From positions 148,164 through 212,163 of the forward strand of contig JAGYIG010000001.1 of NCBI GenBank assembly GCA_018402455.1: a DNA stretch of 64,000 bases, in the 5' to 3' direction. This DNA comes from Opitutaceae bacterium. Lineage in GTDB: Bacteria; Verrucomicrobiota; Verrucomicrobiia; Opitutales; Opitutaceae. The position numbers were made by a program, and so were the translations under genes. A model generated the notes under the pieces. That model searched no databases. It was not told the DNA's origin and was given only the letters and a program-made list of their open reading frames with translations. Positions 48,097-59,695 of this stretch are shown in pieces. Position 1 is the first letter of the stretch. The number at the start of each line of letters is the position of its first letter.

Positions 48097-48340
48097 CAGC
48101 GATCCCGGCAATGAACCCCGCTCACCCGCCGCAGCGGGCGGCCGTCAAGCGCCGCCCTACGCATGGCACCCGTGGCCTCACCGATGCACTCAGGTAGGGC
48201 GGCTTCGCCGAAACCGCCGCTGCGGGGCTGACGGGTGCTACCGTCCGCGCCCGTCAGCCCGCACCGGGATCAGCGATCCCAACACCAACCCGCCCACTCC
48301 GCCGCAGCGGGCGGCGTCAGCGCTGCCCCTACGCGTGCAC
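48097..48340. repeat. BIME-like mosaic: REP-B (-), REP-A (+), REP-B (-)
   Basis: B copies at 48136-48160 and ~48309-48332, A copy at 48194-48218; flanks CAGCGATCCC..CCGCAGCGGGCGG duplicated. Confidence 0.8.
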
Positions 48341-48597
48341 CCGCGCCCCCGCCACGGCGACCCCTTCGGCTGGGGTAGCATAACGCCCCATAGTCGGGGG
48401 AATCGGGGAGGGTTATGCTGGGGGTGGCCCTAGTTCCCTCCAGTGATTTTACCACCCCTCCAGATCTCCATTCTTCCATCCGCTCCGCCGCGGCTGCGGG
48501 TTTTTTTATCGCATCGCCCGGCGCCCGCAAGGTCGGTGATCGATCCCGCGCGCCGCCCCGCCTCAATCGAGTCCCCTGTTTCCTCCCCCCCCCTTTT

Positions 48598-48927
48598 ATG
48601 ACTTCACCCTCCCACGACAAAATCTCTCAAGCAGCCTGGCAACTTTGGCAGAACCGCGGTTGTCCCACTGGTTGCGATATCGAAATCTGGCTGGACGCCG
48701 AGCAGAACCTGATCACAAACCCGACCGACGCCTCGACGACGCCAAAATCCGGGGCCCCTCCCGGCCGGGAGAACCACCTGTCGCCCGCTCAGATGGAACA
48801 GAATGCGATTCTGCTGGATGGGCAAAAAGCCGAAGCCCGCGCCCCTCAGTCCCCCCAGCACTCCAGCCCGACGGTCAAGCCTCCCCAGAGCGGCAAGCCG
48901 CTCTGGCCCCAACCGCAATCTTCCTGA
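48598..48927 (+). CDS. DUF2934 domain protein
   Basis: HDKISQAAWQLWQNRGCP.G.DIEIWLDAE followed by a low-complexity tail. Confidence 0.82.
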   Translation: MTSPSHDKISQAAWQLWQNRGCPTGCDIEIWLDAEQNLITNPTDASTTPKSGAPPGRENHLSPAQMEQNAILLDGQKAEARAPQSPQHSSPTVKPPQSGKPLWPQPQSS

Positions 48928-49068
48928 GGCTGCCTCGCGCCGACTCGCGGGATACGGCGCACCAGGTGCGGGTGCGGGCCGGGTACCTTTTCGGTAGGCG
49001 CGTTCCCCACTCCCCCCCGCAACCCAGACCCGTTCACCGCTGGTCCTCCCGCTCTTCCCGTTGTCCCC

Positions 49069-50106
49069 ATGAAACAGACCAAGACCCTCAATCGCCGCTT
49101 TGTGCTGGCCGAACGGCCCGTCGGTTTTCCGACCCCCCAAGCCTGGGCGCTCGAAACCGTCAATGTGCCGTCGCCTCAAGCGGGTGAAATGTTGCTGCGG
49201 ACCGAGTTCCTATCCCTTGACCCCTACATGCGGGGCCGCATGAGCGAGGCCCCGTCCTACGCGCCGCCGCTCAAGATTGGCGACGTGATGGTGGGCGGAA
49301 CCGTGGCGCGGGTGGAACGTTCGAGCCTTGATGGTTTTCAGCCGGGGGACTGGGTTCTCAGTGCGAATGGCTGGCAGGATTACGCGATATCGGATGGGCA
49401 GGGAATCACGGCGCTCGGCCGGGCTCCGGCGCATCCGTCGTGGGCCTTGGGCATCACGGGGATGCCGGGATTCACGGCGTGGGCCGGTCTCAAGGAAATC
49501 GGCCAGCCCCAAGCGGGGGAAACCCTGGTGGTCGGCGCGGCGACGGGACCCGTGGGCGCCACCGTCGGCCAGATTGGGAAGCTGCTGGGTTGCCGGGTGG
49601 TCGGCATCGCGGGCGGATTCCGCAAGTGCGAGTATGCGGTCGTGACGCTGGGGTTGGACGTCTGCCTGGACCACCGCGTCTCCGACTTCAGTCAAGCGTT
49701 GGCGGCGGCAACACCGTCCGGCATCGATGTGTATTTCGAGAGTGTTGGTGGCAAGGTTTTTGACGCGGTGTTGCCGCGGCTCAACACCGGCGCCCGGGTG
49801 CCGGTCTGCGGGCTCGTGGCGCACTACAACGACACTCGTCTGCCCGATGGCCCAGATCGATTAAGTTTCCTGATGGGCGAAATCCTCCGGAAGCGCATCA
49901 CGCTGCGCGGCTTCATCATTTTTGAGGATTTCGGGCCGTTGTATCCGACCTTCCTCACCGAGATGGCGGGCTGGATAAAGGCCGGGAAAATCCACTACCG
50001 CGAGGAAAGGGTGGAGGGCTTGGAACAGGCTCCCGCCGCCTTCATCGGCCTGCTGCAAGGGGACAATTTTGGCAAATGTGTGATCTGCGTCGGCCCGAAA
50101 AAATAA
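49069..50106 (+). CDS. NADP-dependent oxidoreductase (CurA/prostaglandin reductase, MDR family)
   Basis: LSLDPYMRGRM, GWQDY, GMPGFTAWAGL, GATVGQIGK, GIDVYFESVGG, GDNFGK. Confidence 0.92.
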   Translation: MKQTKTLNRRFVLAERPVGFPTPQAWALETVNVPSPQAGEMLLRTEFLSLDPYMRGRMSEAPSYAPPLKIGDVMVGGTVARVERSSLDGFQPGDWVLSANGWQDYAISDGQGITALGRAPAHPSWALGITGMPGFTAWAGLKEIGQPQAGETLVVGAATGPVGATVGQIGKLLGCRVVGIAGGFRKCEYAVVTLGLDVCLDHRVSDFSQALAAATPSGIDVYFESVGGKVFDAVLPRLNTGARVPVCGLVAHYNDTRLPDGPDRLSFLMGEILRKRITLRGFIIFEDFGPLYPTFLTEMAGWIKAGKIHYREERVEGLEQAPAAFIGLLQGDNFGKCVICVGPKK

Positions 50107-50122
50107 CCCCATACCCCCCGTT

Positions 50123-50803
50123 ATGAACGTTCTCCTCATTTTAACCTCTCACGACCGGCTGGGTGACACCGGCAAAAAGACCGGCTTCTGGCTGGAAGAG
50201 TTGGCGGCACCCTATTACGTCCTACTCGATGCCGGCGCGACCCTCACCTTGGCTTCTCCGGCCGGTGGGCAGCCCCCGCTCGATCCCCAGAGCGACGTGG
50301 CCGCGGCTCAAACCGAGGCCACGCAGCGCTTCAAAAAAGACGACAAAGCGCAGCGGGCGCTGGCTCACACGACCAAGTTGGCGGAAATCGATCCCGACGG
50401 ATTTGACGCCGTCTTCTATCCCGGCGGACACGGGCCGCTGTGGGATTTGGCGGAGAACGCCGACAGCCAGCGCATCATTGAAATCTTTATCACGGATGGC
50501 CGTCCGCTCGCCGCGGTGTGCCACGCACCGGCGATCTTCCAGCACACCAAGGGGATCGACGGAAAATCGTTGGTCTCGGGTCGGCGGGTGACGGGGTTTT
50601 CCAATACCGAAGAGGCGGCGGTGGGCCTTGCTGAAGTAGTTCCGTTTCCCGTTGAAGACCTGCTCAAGGCAAATGGAGGGCTCTACACCAAAGGCCCGGA
50701 TTGGGCATCGCATGTGGTCGTGGATGGTAATCTTGTGACCGGTCAGAATCCCGCTTCATCCGCCGCGGCCGCGAGGGCGCTCCTTAAGCTGCTGGGGGGG
50801 TAG
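50123..50803 (+). CDS. DJ-1/PfpI (Hsp31-like) family protein
   Basis: TGFWLEELAAPY, FYPGGHGPLWDL, AVCHAP, TGFSNTEE, VTGQNPAS. Confidence 0.92.
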   Translation: MNVLLILTSHDRLGDTGKKTGFWLEELAAPYYVLLDAGATLTLASPAGGQPPLDPQSDVAAAQTEATQRFKKDDKAQRALAHTTKLAEIDPDGFDAVFYPGGHGPLWDLAENADSQRIIEIFITDGRPLAAVCHAPAIFQHTKGIDGKSLVSGRRVTGFSNTEEAAVGLAEVVPFPVEDLLKANGGLYTKGPDWASHVVVDGNLVTGQNPASSAAAARALLKLLGG

Positions 50804-50954
50804 GCCAGTTACAGGTCACCCGGTGGCTGGATTCGGTGAGCGGGGAGGAGGTGTGTGATCCAGCGCCGGGAACGGCGGCGGCCTTTCCCCTCGGGGGAAG
50901 GCCAGCCTTGATTAGGTGTCGCGTCTGGCGACTGGCGGAGTAGGCGTGGAAGTA

Positions 50955-52178
50955 ATGTCGAACCCGCCTCCCCCGCGCGTGCTCATCGTGACCATGAAAA
51001 AGTGGTGGTTGGGCGTGGCGCGACTGCCGATGGCCTTGCGGGAGGCGGGATTCGAAGTGGCGGCGTGGTGCCCCGACGAATCATTCATCGCCAAGTCCGG
51101 CGGACTGGCCCGCCACTATCCCTGGCAAACGGAAGCCAACTGGCATTGGGAGCTCTTGCGCATCGTGGCGGATTGGGACCCCCGTTTGGTTATCCCCGCC
51201 GATGAAACGTTGGCGGTTTATTTGCGCAAGTTGGCCCGGGGCAGCGGCGGTCTGCGGCGCGAGGATCGGCGAATGCGTTGCATCCTGCGCGAGTCATTGG
51301 GGCACCCACGACGTTCCGCCGCGCTGGATGGCAAGATTCAGTTGCAGGCTCTGGCGCGCTCGCTGGGGATCCGGACGCCGGATGACCACGTGTTTCGTTC
51401 GCCTGACGCCGCGGTGGTTCACGGGCATGCGTTCGGCTGGCCGCTGGTGCTGAAAGACGAATCCGCCGCGGGCGGGCGCGGCGTGGCGATTTGCCCCAAT
51501 GAAGCGGCTTTGCGGACGGCCTGGGCGCAATGGAACGCCGACCGACCAAGTCGCTCGCTCAAAGCGCGCCTGCGCGAGTGGATCAAAGATCCGCGGGCGG
51601 CGCTGGCGGGCCCGCGGCGATCGGTGCAGCGTTTTATCTCGGGCCGGCCCGCGTTCCACGCGGTGGTGGCGTGGCAGGGCCGTCGCCTGGGGGGAATCAC
51701 CGCGGTGGTCGAAGTGGCCAACCCGCCGGTCACCGGGCCGAGCTGTGTGGTCAGAATCAAGAATCTGCCCGAGATCAGCGAGGCCAGTGAGAAACTGGTG
51801 GAGGCGACGGGAATGACGGGATTTGCGGGCTTCGATTTCATGGTCGAGGACGGCACGGATCAGGCCTACCTGCTGGAGTGCAATCCGCGACCGACGCCGG
51901 TTTCGCACCTGCAGGCGCCCGTGGCCGCCAACCTCTGTCGCCGGTTGCATACCGCAATGGCGGGGGAGGAGCCGGTCGGGGAGGAGTCGTTTCCGGAGCA
52001 GCTTCTGGTGCTTTTTCCACAAGAGCTGCTGCGCGATCCCGCCAGTGCCTACCTGCCGCAAGCCCGGGTCGATTATCCGGCCACAGACCCGGCGTTGGTC
52101 GCGGCCCTCAAGGCGCACTACCCGGAGCTCAGTCAGGCAATGGCCGGGCAACGGGCGTGCTTTCCGCCCGACGCTTGA
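50955..52178 (+). CDS. ATP-grasp domain protein, substrate unknown
   Basis: VIPADE, GWPLVLKDESAAGGRGVAIC, VQRFISG, TGFAGFDFM, YLLECNPRP. Confidence 0.8.
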   Translation: MSNPPPPRVLIVTMKKWWLGVARLPMALREAGFEVAAWCPDESFIAKSGGLARHYPWQTEANWHWELLRIVADWDPRLVIPADETLAVYLRKLARGSGGLRREDRRMRCILRESLGHPRRSAALDGKIQLQALARSLGIRTPDDHVFRSPDAAVVHGHAFGWPLVLKDESAAGGRGVAICPNEAALRTAWAQWNADRPSRSLKARLREWIKDPRAALAGPRRSVQRFISGRPAFHAVVAWQGRRLGGITAVVEVANPPVTGPSCVVRIKNLPEISEASEKLVEATGMTGFAGFDFMVEDGTDQAYLLECNPRPTPVSHLQAPVAANLCRRLHTAMAGEEPVGEESFPEQLLVLFPQELLRDPASAYLPQARVDYPATDPALVAALKAHYPELSQAMAGQRACFPPDA

Positions 52179-52209
52179 AGCGCCGGGGCCGGCTCCGCGC
52201 GGCGGGCCC

Positions 52210-53583
<1,374 letters not shown>

Positions 53584-54044
53584 GATGCAAAAGGTAGGGC
53601 AAGTGCTCTCCGAAAGCAAAAGTCCCGTTGCTTCCGGTTGCCGCCTTGCTGGCGGACGGGGGTCTTCGCCCCATAGACGGCCGGGCGGAGATGGCCGAAT
53701 ATCCGGACGATGCAGATTTCAGCCCACGCCGGTCATCACGGCCCGATCTCGGGCCCGGATCCTGGCAGCGGGCGCGGGGTTTCGCACCCCCTGACCAACC
53801 CACGGCTGATCTTTGTATGAGTGACACCAGCGCCAGCTTAAGCCGGAAGATTTCGGTGGCCGGTGATCCCCAGTCCGTCGTCCGCACCATGAAGGCCTTG
53901 GCGGCATCGAGCATCGGCCAATATAAAAAATGGGAGGGCGCTACCGACCGCCCCGCCAACGGCTGCTGCCCCGCGATGGGGCGGGGCAGACGGAATGCGT
54001 CCGATCGATCCTAGCGCGGCGGACCCCGGAAGCCGGTTGATTTT

Positions 54045-54914
54045 ATGAAGAAAAAAATAGACCCCAGTGCCCACCGGGTGCGGCCCGGTGAAACGGTGGA
54101 CCTCGCGCAGCGACCGACTCACGTGAAATCCGTTTACGACTCCAAAAAAGCGTATCGACGGATGCTCGCGAAGCGGGTCGATGAGCTGAGCGATTTGCAG
54201 CGACTGCACTACGCCTCCAACCAGCACTCCTTGTTGCTGATCTTTCAGGCCATGGATGCGGCCGGCAAGGACGGGGCGATTCGCCATGTGATGTCGGGGG
54301 TGAACCCGCAGGGGTGTCAGGTCTTCAGTTTCCAGCAACCCAGTGCCGAGGAGCGGGAGCACGATTTTCTCTGGCGCACGAACAAGCGACTGCCGGAGCG
54401 CGGCCGCATCGGGATTTTTAATCGCTCCTATTACGAGGAAGTGCTGGTGGTGCGGGTCCATCCGGAGCTCCTGCGCGCACAGGGATTGACCGCTGAGGGG
54501 ATCGCCGGGCGGTCCATTTGGGAGGATCGGTTCCAATCGATCACGGAGATGGAGGCGCACCTGCACCGCAGCGGCACCCGGGTGCTCAAGTTCTTCCTGC
54601 ACCTGTCGAAGGCGGAGCAACGCGAGCGGTTTCTGGCCCGGATTGATGAACCGGACAAGAACTGGAAATTCAGTTTAGCGGATGTCGCGGAGCGACAACG
54701 ATGGGATGATTATCAGCGGGCGTATGAAGCCTGCTTGAGCGCCACCAGCACGGAGGATTCGCCGTGGTATGTCATCCCGGCCGACGACAAAAAGAATGCG
54801 CGCCTGCTCATCTCCCAAGTCATCGTCGATTCCCTGCAGGCGCTGAAGCTGCGTTACCCCAAGGTCAGCGTGGCGCGGCGCCGGGAACTCCGCGAGCTGC
54901 GCGAGCAGCTGTGA
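54045..54914 (+). CDS. ppk2: Polyphosphate kinase 2 family (class III-like)
   Basis: [58 protein letters not shown]. Confidence 0.92.
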   Translation: MKKKIDPSAHRVRPGETVDLAQRPTHVKSVYDSKKAYRRMLAKRVDELSDLQRLHYASNQHSLLLIFQAMDAAGKDGAIRHVMSGVNPQGCQVFSFQQPSAEEREHDFLWRTNKRLPERGRIGIFNRSYYEEVLVVRVHPELLRAQGLTAEGIAGRSIWEDRFQSITEMEAHLHRSGTRVLKFFLHLSKAEQRERFLARIDEPDKNWKFSLADVAERQRWDDYQRAYEACLSATSTEDSPWYVIPADDKKNARLLISQVIVDSLQALKLRYPKVSVARRRELRELREQL

Positions 54915-54926
54915 GCCCGACAATCG

Positions 54927-55988
54927 TCAGGCGAAGACGCGTTCGGAGCCCGCGGCATAGCGCCCCTGGACGGCGAGAGCGTTGAACCGCGCCCGCTTGA
55001 GCAACTCGGCTTGCGCCGGAACCACGTTGGCGGCATCGCCCGCCCAAACTTGGAGGGCCGCGTCCTGCAACGCCCGGCCAAAGGAGAAGCTGAGGGTCCA
55101 GGGCGGGTTGTCGTAGCGGCAGATCTCGTTGAGACGCTCCGTGGCGTCGACGTCGTTTTGCCCGCCGGAAAGGAACACGATGCCGGGCACGTTGGCGGGC
55201 ACCACCTGTTGCAGCACGTGCAGTGTGGTCTCGGCAATCTCGGTCGAGGTCACCGCCTGCCCGCAGTCCTCGCCCGGCAGGATCATGCCCGTCTTGAGCA
55301 ACATGCCATCGAGCGCGACCCGATGTTCGTCGAGGCGGGCGAACACGGTTTGGACCACACCGCGGGTGATGTGGCCGCAACGGTCCAGCGTGTGACCACC
55401 GGCCATGAGGACCTCCGGTTCGACGATGGGCACGAGACCGGCTTCCTGACTGGTGGCCGCGAAGAGCGCGAGGATGCGGGCGTTGGTTTCGATGGCGGTG
55501 GCGCTGGGCAACCCGTCGCCGATGGCAAATGTCGCCCGCCACTTGGTGAAGCGGGCGCCGCGCGCGGCGTAGTCGGCGAGGCGGGCTCGCAGGTTGTCCA
55601 GGCCCCGCGTGGTCGTCTCGCCGGGGAAGGCGGGGAGCGCGCGCGTGCCGGTGTCGACTTTGACCCCGGGAATGATGCCGTGCCGAACCAGGGCAGACGG
55701 CAGCAAGGTGCCATCGGCGATGGGCTGGGAAAGGGTTTCCTCGAAGAGGATCATACCGCTGATGGCGTCGCCGAGCTCGGGGGTGGTGGCCAGCAGCTCG
55801 CGGTAGGCGTAACGGTTCTCCCGCGTGAAGGGAATATCGTGGGCGGCGAAGCGACGCCCAAGGGTCCCAAAACTTTCGTCGGCCGCCAGGATGCCCTTGC
55901 CCGGATCGACCAGCGCGCGGGCGGTGGATTGGAGGACAGTCAGAAACGGGGGAACCGGAGTCATGGAGGAGGGAAGGGGAGCGCTCAC
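54927..55988 (-). CDS. Fructose-bisphosphate aldolase class I
   Basis: GKGILAADES, ILFEETL, GVKVDTG, GARFTKWR, PIVEPEV, LLKTGM, FLSGGQ, LSFSFGRALQ. Confidence 0.94.
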   Translation of the reverse strand: MSAPLPSSMTPVPPFLTVLQSTARALVDPGKGILAADESFGTLGRRFAAHDIPFTRENRYAYRELLATTPELGDAISGMILFEETLSQPIADGTLLPSALVRHGIIPGVKVDTGTRALPAFPGETTTRGLDNLRARLADYAARGARFTKWRATFAIGDGLPSATAIETNARILALFAATSQEAGLVPIVEPEVLMAGGHTLDRCGHITRGVVQTVFARLDEHRVALDGMLLKTGMILPGEDCGQAVTSTEIAETTLHVLQQVVPANVPGIVFLSGGQNDVDATERLNEICRYDNPPWTLSFSFGRALQDAALQVWAGDAANVVPAQAELLKRARFNALAVQGRYAAGSERVFA

Positions 55989-56207
55989 GCGTTCATCGCC
56001 GCGAGTTGACGCTCGCCGTCGGATTCACCGGTCAGTTCCCGTTTGGCCTGTTCGTAGTCGGACTGGGCGATGGTCGGGGGCGCGGGGAGAAAAGGCGAAT
56101 GGGATGGGTTTGGCATGGGTGAATTTTGAGGAAGAACCGGCCTTGGGACTATGGGGTCTTAGCCCCGGTGGCGCGGCTGCGGTTGGGGTTGGAAACGTGG
56201 AGGGTGG

Positions 56208-56250
56208 GCCGTCGGCCTGGAGCGGCGGTTTCGGCGAAACCGCCCTACCT
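56208..56250 (-). repeat. GTAG-type REP (family A)
   Basis: CCTGGAGCGGCGGTTTCGGCGAAACCGCCCTACCT, near-identical to 47348-47390. Confidence 0.88.
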
Positions 56251-56252
56251 CC

Positions 56253-56576
56253 TTAGACCGTGGCGATGGCGGCGGAGGGGGCGTTGGTTTGCACGGAGGC
56301 CATGCCGACTTGGGCGGCCGCCTCGGAGGCATACATCTGACTCTTGCCGATGACCTCGCCGTTTTGAGCCTTGAGCACAAAATAGGGTTCGCCCGCGGTG
56401 GAGACCTTGTGCTCAAAGTTTTCGGCGTGGGGTCCGTTGAGCTGCACCGATGTGATGCCGGCCAGGGCGGACTGATTCTGTTCGTAAACCTGACTGGTGA
56501 GAATCACCTCATGGTTCTCCGCCTTCAGGTTGAAGATGAACTTGGCGTTGGTGGTCGGGCTGATTAGGTAGGACAT
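56253..56576 (-). CDS. YegP/DUF1508 tandem-repeat protein
   Basis: FNLKAENHEVILTSQVY and FVLKAQNGEVIGKSQMYASE. Confidence 0.9.
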   Translation of the reverse strand: MSYLISPTTNAKFIFNLKAENHEVILTSQVYEQNQSALAGITSVQLNGPHAENFEHKVSTAGEPYFVLKAQNGEVIGKSQMYASEAAAQVGMASVQTNAPSAAIATV

Positions 56577-56638
56577 TTTTTTGACGGGGGACGACGACAA
56601 GCAGAGCGACCGAGGGGCCGCGCTCGAGCGCGCAGTGA

Positions 56639-57070
56639 TCAGGGGGCGATTTGGTTGAAGGCGGTCTGCACGCGCTGCCACGCCGCGGCGGTTTCGGCCT
56701 TGGTGTGGGCCCAGGTTTCGGACGTGCTGGTGCGGGCGGCGGCCAGTTGGACTTTCAACGCGGCGCGGGCGGCCTTGAATTCCGTGACGGTCGCTTCGCG
56801 GGCCGGGGCGGTCGCCGCCGGGACCTTTTCGAGTTTGGCCTCGAGGGCAGTTCCCATCCGGTCCATCGAGGCGGCGAACTCATCGCGTTGCTCGAAGGTG
56901 TAGCCTTTGATCTGCTCCCATGAGTCCGCGGCGATTTGTTTGGCTTCAGCCGCCACTTCTTTCGTTTCTTGGACGACGGATTCAGCCGAGTCTTTTTGGA
57001 AGCAAGCAGAGAAGAGCAAGGTGGTGGGGCTCAACGCGGCGATGAGGAGAAAGGAGGGCGTGATTTTCAT
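56639..57070 (-). CDS. Helical lipoprotein, probably stress-associated
   Basis: Lipobox LFSA-C; Ala/Lys/Glu-rich helices; WEQIKGYTFEQRDEF. Confidence 0.7.
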   Translation of the reverse strand: MKITPSFLLIAALSPTTLLFSACFQKDSAESVVQETKEVAAEAKQIAADSWEQIKGYTFEQRDEFAASMDRMGTALEAKLEKVPAATAPAREATVTEFKAARAALKVQLAAARTSTSETWAHTKAETAAAWQRVQTAFNQIAP

Positions 57071-57293
57071 GGATGGATAATGGGCTGAACAGTGGGGCCG
57101 GGGAGCCGCAAAGGCGACTGGCACGGGGGTGGGGCCTGCGGCCATCCTACCTGCGGTGGGGTGCTCCCGATATGGGGTGTTCAGGGTAGGGTCCTCACCC
57201 GGTACGGGGACCCCATGCCTCTGGCGCGTCCGGCCAAAATCCACGGCGGGATCGACCCTCGGCCGTCCCGCCCCGCCAACGGAAAGCGGGCAA

Positions 57294-57980
57294 TCAGATC
57301 AAGGTGACCTGCACGCCACTCTCGATAATGCCATGTGACATGGCGTAGCGGGTCAGCCCCGCGGTCTCATGGATGTTGAGCTTATCCATCAAATGCTGCC
57401 GGTGCTTTTCGACCGTCTTAATGCTGATGCCGAGCAGGCCGGCGGCCTGTTTGTTGGCCTGGCCCTCGGCGACCAATTGCAGGACTTCCATCTCGCGCGA
57501 GGTCAGGCGGGCACTGTTTTGCTTGGCCAAACCATCGCGGTCGCGGGACCGCCTTTGCTTGTCCATCAATCGCCGTGCGATGGTGGGGCTGTAAAAGGTC
57601 TTCCCTGCCGCGACCTGATGGATGGCCTTGGTCAGCACCTCCGCGGAAGTCTGTTTCTCCAGAAAACCCATGGCTCCCACTGTGGCCGTGCGCTCAACAT
57701 ACTCGTCGTCGCTGTGGGCGGAAAGGATCAGCACCCGGGCCGCGGGGTTGTGAGCCAGGATTTGTTGCGTGGCCACGAGGCCGTTGAGTTCGGGCATGGC
57801 GATGTCCATGAGGATGACATCGGGCTTGAGGGCGGCGGTCATTTCCACGGCGGCTCGACCGGTTTGAGCCTGTCCGACGACGACGCAATGGCCTTCCGCT
57901 TCCAGCAAGGTGCGCAGGCCCTCGCAGACCACGGCGTGGTCTTCGGCGAGCAGCACGGTAATCTTTCGGCCGGGGTTCAC
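57294..57980 (-). CDS. NarL/FixJ-family response regulator (REC plus LuxR HTH)
   Basis: VLLAEDH, DVILMDIAMP, LILSAH, FLEK, LTSREMEVLQLVAEG, ISIKTVEKHR. Confidence 0.94.
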   Translation of the reverse strand: MNPGRKITVLLAEDHAVVCEGLRTLLEAEGHCVVVGQAQTGRAAVEMTAALKPDVILMDIAMPELNGLVATQQILAHNPAARVLILSAHSDDEYVERTATVGAMGFLEKQTSAEVLTKAIHQVAAGKTFYSPTIARRLMDKQRRSRDRDGLAKQNSARLTSREMEVLQLVAEGQANKQAAGLLGISIKTVEKHRQHLMDKLNIHETAGLTRYAMSHGIIESGVQVTLI

Positions 57981-59116
57981 GTGCGCTCCTCCGGTGGAAA
58001 TGGCATCTCGGCGAGCACGGTGGTGCCCTCGCCCTGAGCGGATTCGATGAGCAAGGTGCCCCCCACCATCTCCAGCCGTTCCCGCATACCCAACAGACCC
58101 AGCCGGGCGTGCGCCTTGGTCGACTGCACCTGCTGCACCTTGAATGACTTGCCGTTATCGTGGATTTTCATGCGGACCACGTCGGGAAGCTGGGTGATAC
58201 TCACATTGATCAAGGTCGCCTTGGCGTGGCGGGCGACATTGGTGAGCGCCTCCTGCGCCACGCGGTAGAGCACGATGCGCTTGACGCTCGGCATCTTCTC
58301 CACCCCGGCAAAGGCCGTCAGGCGGATACGGATCTGTCGCCGGGCGGAAAGCTTTTTCATGAAGACCTGCAGGGCCGGAATGAGCCCCAGGTCATCCAGG
58401 GCGGCGGGCCGCAGGTCGCGGGCAAACTGGTGCACCGCATTGACGGATTTTTCCACCAAGTGCTGCGTGCTCGCGATTTTCTTTTGAAAGGCCTTGGTGC
58501 CGAGCTCCGCCGCCTTGCCCAGCGCCGCGAGCTCGACATTGATTCCGACTAGGATCTGCACGACTTCATCGTGCAACTCCCGGCTGATTTCGAGTCGCTC
58601 GTTCTCTTGGGCGGAGAGCATTTGGTGGGTCAGGCTGCGTAGTTTTACCTGCATGAATTGGGATTGCTGGAGCAATCGCTGGTAGCGCTCATTTCCCTCC
58701 TTGAGGGCCGCTTCGCTGGCTTGGCGCCGCTTGACCTCGCGAGAAAGCTGGCGGTTGCCCCGGGCCAATTCCTTGGTGTGCAGGTGCAGGTGGGAGGTTC
58801 GCTCCTCGATTTGTTTGAGCGATTCCCGGACCGCAATGTGTTCCCGCTCCAACGGCACAAGGACTTCGGCGAAGAATCGACCGGTGCGCAACTGCAGGCC
58901 ATTGCCCGTTTTGGCAAAATCGTAGTCTGGCGCCAGTGCCACCAGTGCCTGCTCGTGGATTCGGGCCAGGGCCAGAATCTCGCAGTCGGCGGCCAGAGCC
59001 TCGCGGCCTAGGGCTCGAGCGGCTGCCACACCCCGGGACCGGGGAGCATCGAGCTGATCCCGTAGGGCATTGCGATAGCGCCGCGCCAGCTCCGGGGGCT
59101 TCTTGGTTTGTTTCAT
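57977..59116 (-). CDS. Soluble HisKA_3 sensor kinase with RsbU N-terminal-like domain
   Basis: No TM; N-terminal YRNALRDQL..ARALGREALA..LARIHEQAL; QENERLEISRELHDEVVQ, LDDLGL, YRVAQEALTNVARHA, DNGKSF, GLLGMRER. Confidence 0.85.
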   Translation of the reverse strand: MKQTKKPPELARRYRNALRDQLDAPRSRGVAAARALGREALAADCEILALARIHEQALVALAPDYDFAKTGNGLQLRTGRFFAEVLVPLEREHIAVRESLKQIEERTSHLHLHTKELARGNRQLSREVKRRQASEAALKEGNERYQRLLQQSQFMQVKLRSLTHQMLSAQENERLEISRELHDEVVQILVGINVELAALGKAAELGTKAFQKKIASTQHLVEKSVNAVHQFARDLRPAALDDLGLIPALQVFMKKLSARRQIRIRLTAFAGVEKMPSVKRIVLYRVAQEALTNVARHAKATLINVSITQLPDVVRMKIHDNGKSFKVQQVQSTKAHARLGLLGMRERLEMVGGTLLIESAQGEGTTVLAEMPFPPEERT

Positions 59117-59240
59117 GCTGTCGTCGAGGGGGCGATAAATCCTGCAATGCTCCGACCGGAATCAGACGTTCAGTCGGGGCTCCGCAGCGGATACCGCCTC
59201 CATCTGGTATATAATAGACCCTGAAAATCGGGAAATAGCG

Positions 59241-59257
59241 ATGGGGTATACACCTAA
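59241..59257 (+). promoter_or_regulatory. Candidate operator upstream of the kinase/regulator operon
   Basis: ATGGGGTATACACCTAA, similar to the 43610 site. Confidence 0.4.
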
Positions 59258-59695
59258 CTCGTCTTTATATTAGAGCGACCCCGGAGGAAGATACGGTCGT
59301 CGCCGCGGAGTCCAGTTCCCTTGGCCGTCGCCCAACGGGCACAGCGGGACGGGGAGGGGGTGGGCGCAACCACCTGAACGCAAACGTATTACCGGACCTT
59401 GCTTGGGGGCGCCAGGGTGGAGGCCCCAAGCGCTCCGAACGAATGGGAGTTTTTCGCGCCGGTAAATCCGTCCGATTACCCCCTTCCATGGCGGTAACCG
59501 AACCCATACGTCGTTGCTCTCGTGCTCGGGCGCGCAAAACGGCGCTGACGACGCCAGGATCGACGTCTGCTTGGCGTGAGGTCCCGGCAGGGTTTGGCTT
59601 TCCCTAGCATTTACCTTCTTTAGGGTAGCGCCGGTGTCTGGACTAGCGGACAACGGTGTCCCCGCTTCGTGCCCCAACCCCAACTCCCTCCGCAT

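Noticed and set aside
48484-48507. GC hairpin plus T7 tract as an attenuator upstream of DUF2934
   Set aside because: The stem is only 4-5 bp and no leader peptide or riboswitch is evident.
48585-48593. C9 tract just before the DUF2934 start as a phase-variation switch
   Set aside because: Outside the ORF; pyrimidine-rich leaders precede many genes in this window, so it is not distinctive.
53620-54040. Possible small ORF (MLDAAKAFMVRTTDWGSP...) between fumC and ppk2
   Set aside because: No recognisable family, and that frame runs on into the fumC region; insufficient support.
59258-59690. 430-bp intergenic region as a possible ncRNA or riboswitch
   Set aside because: Only short generic inverted repeats; no known consensus recognised.
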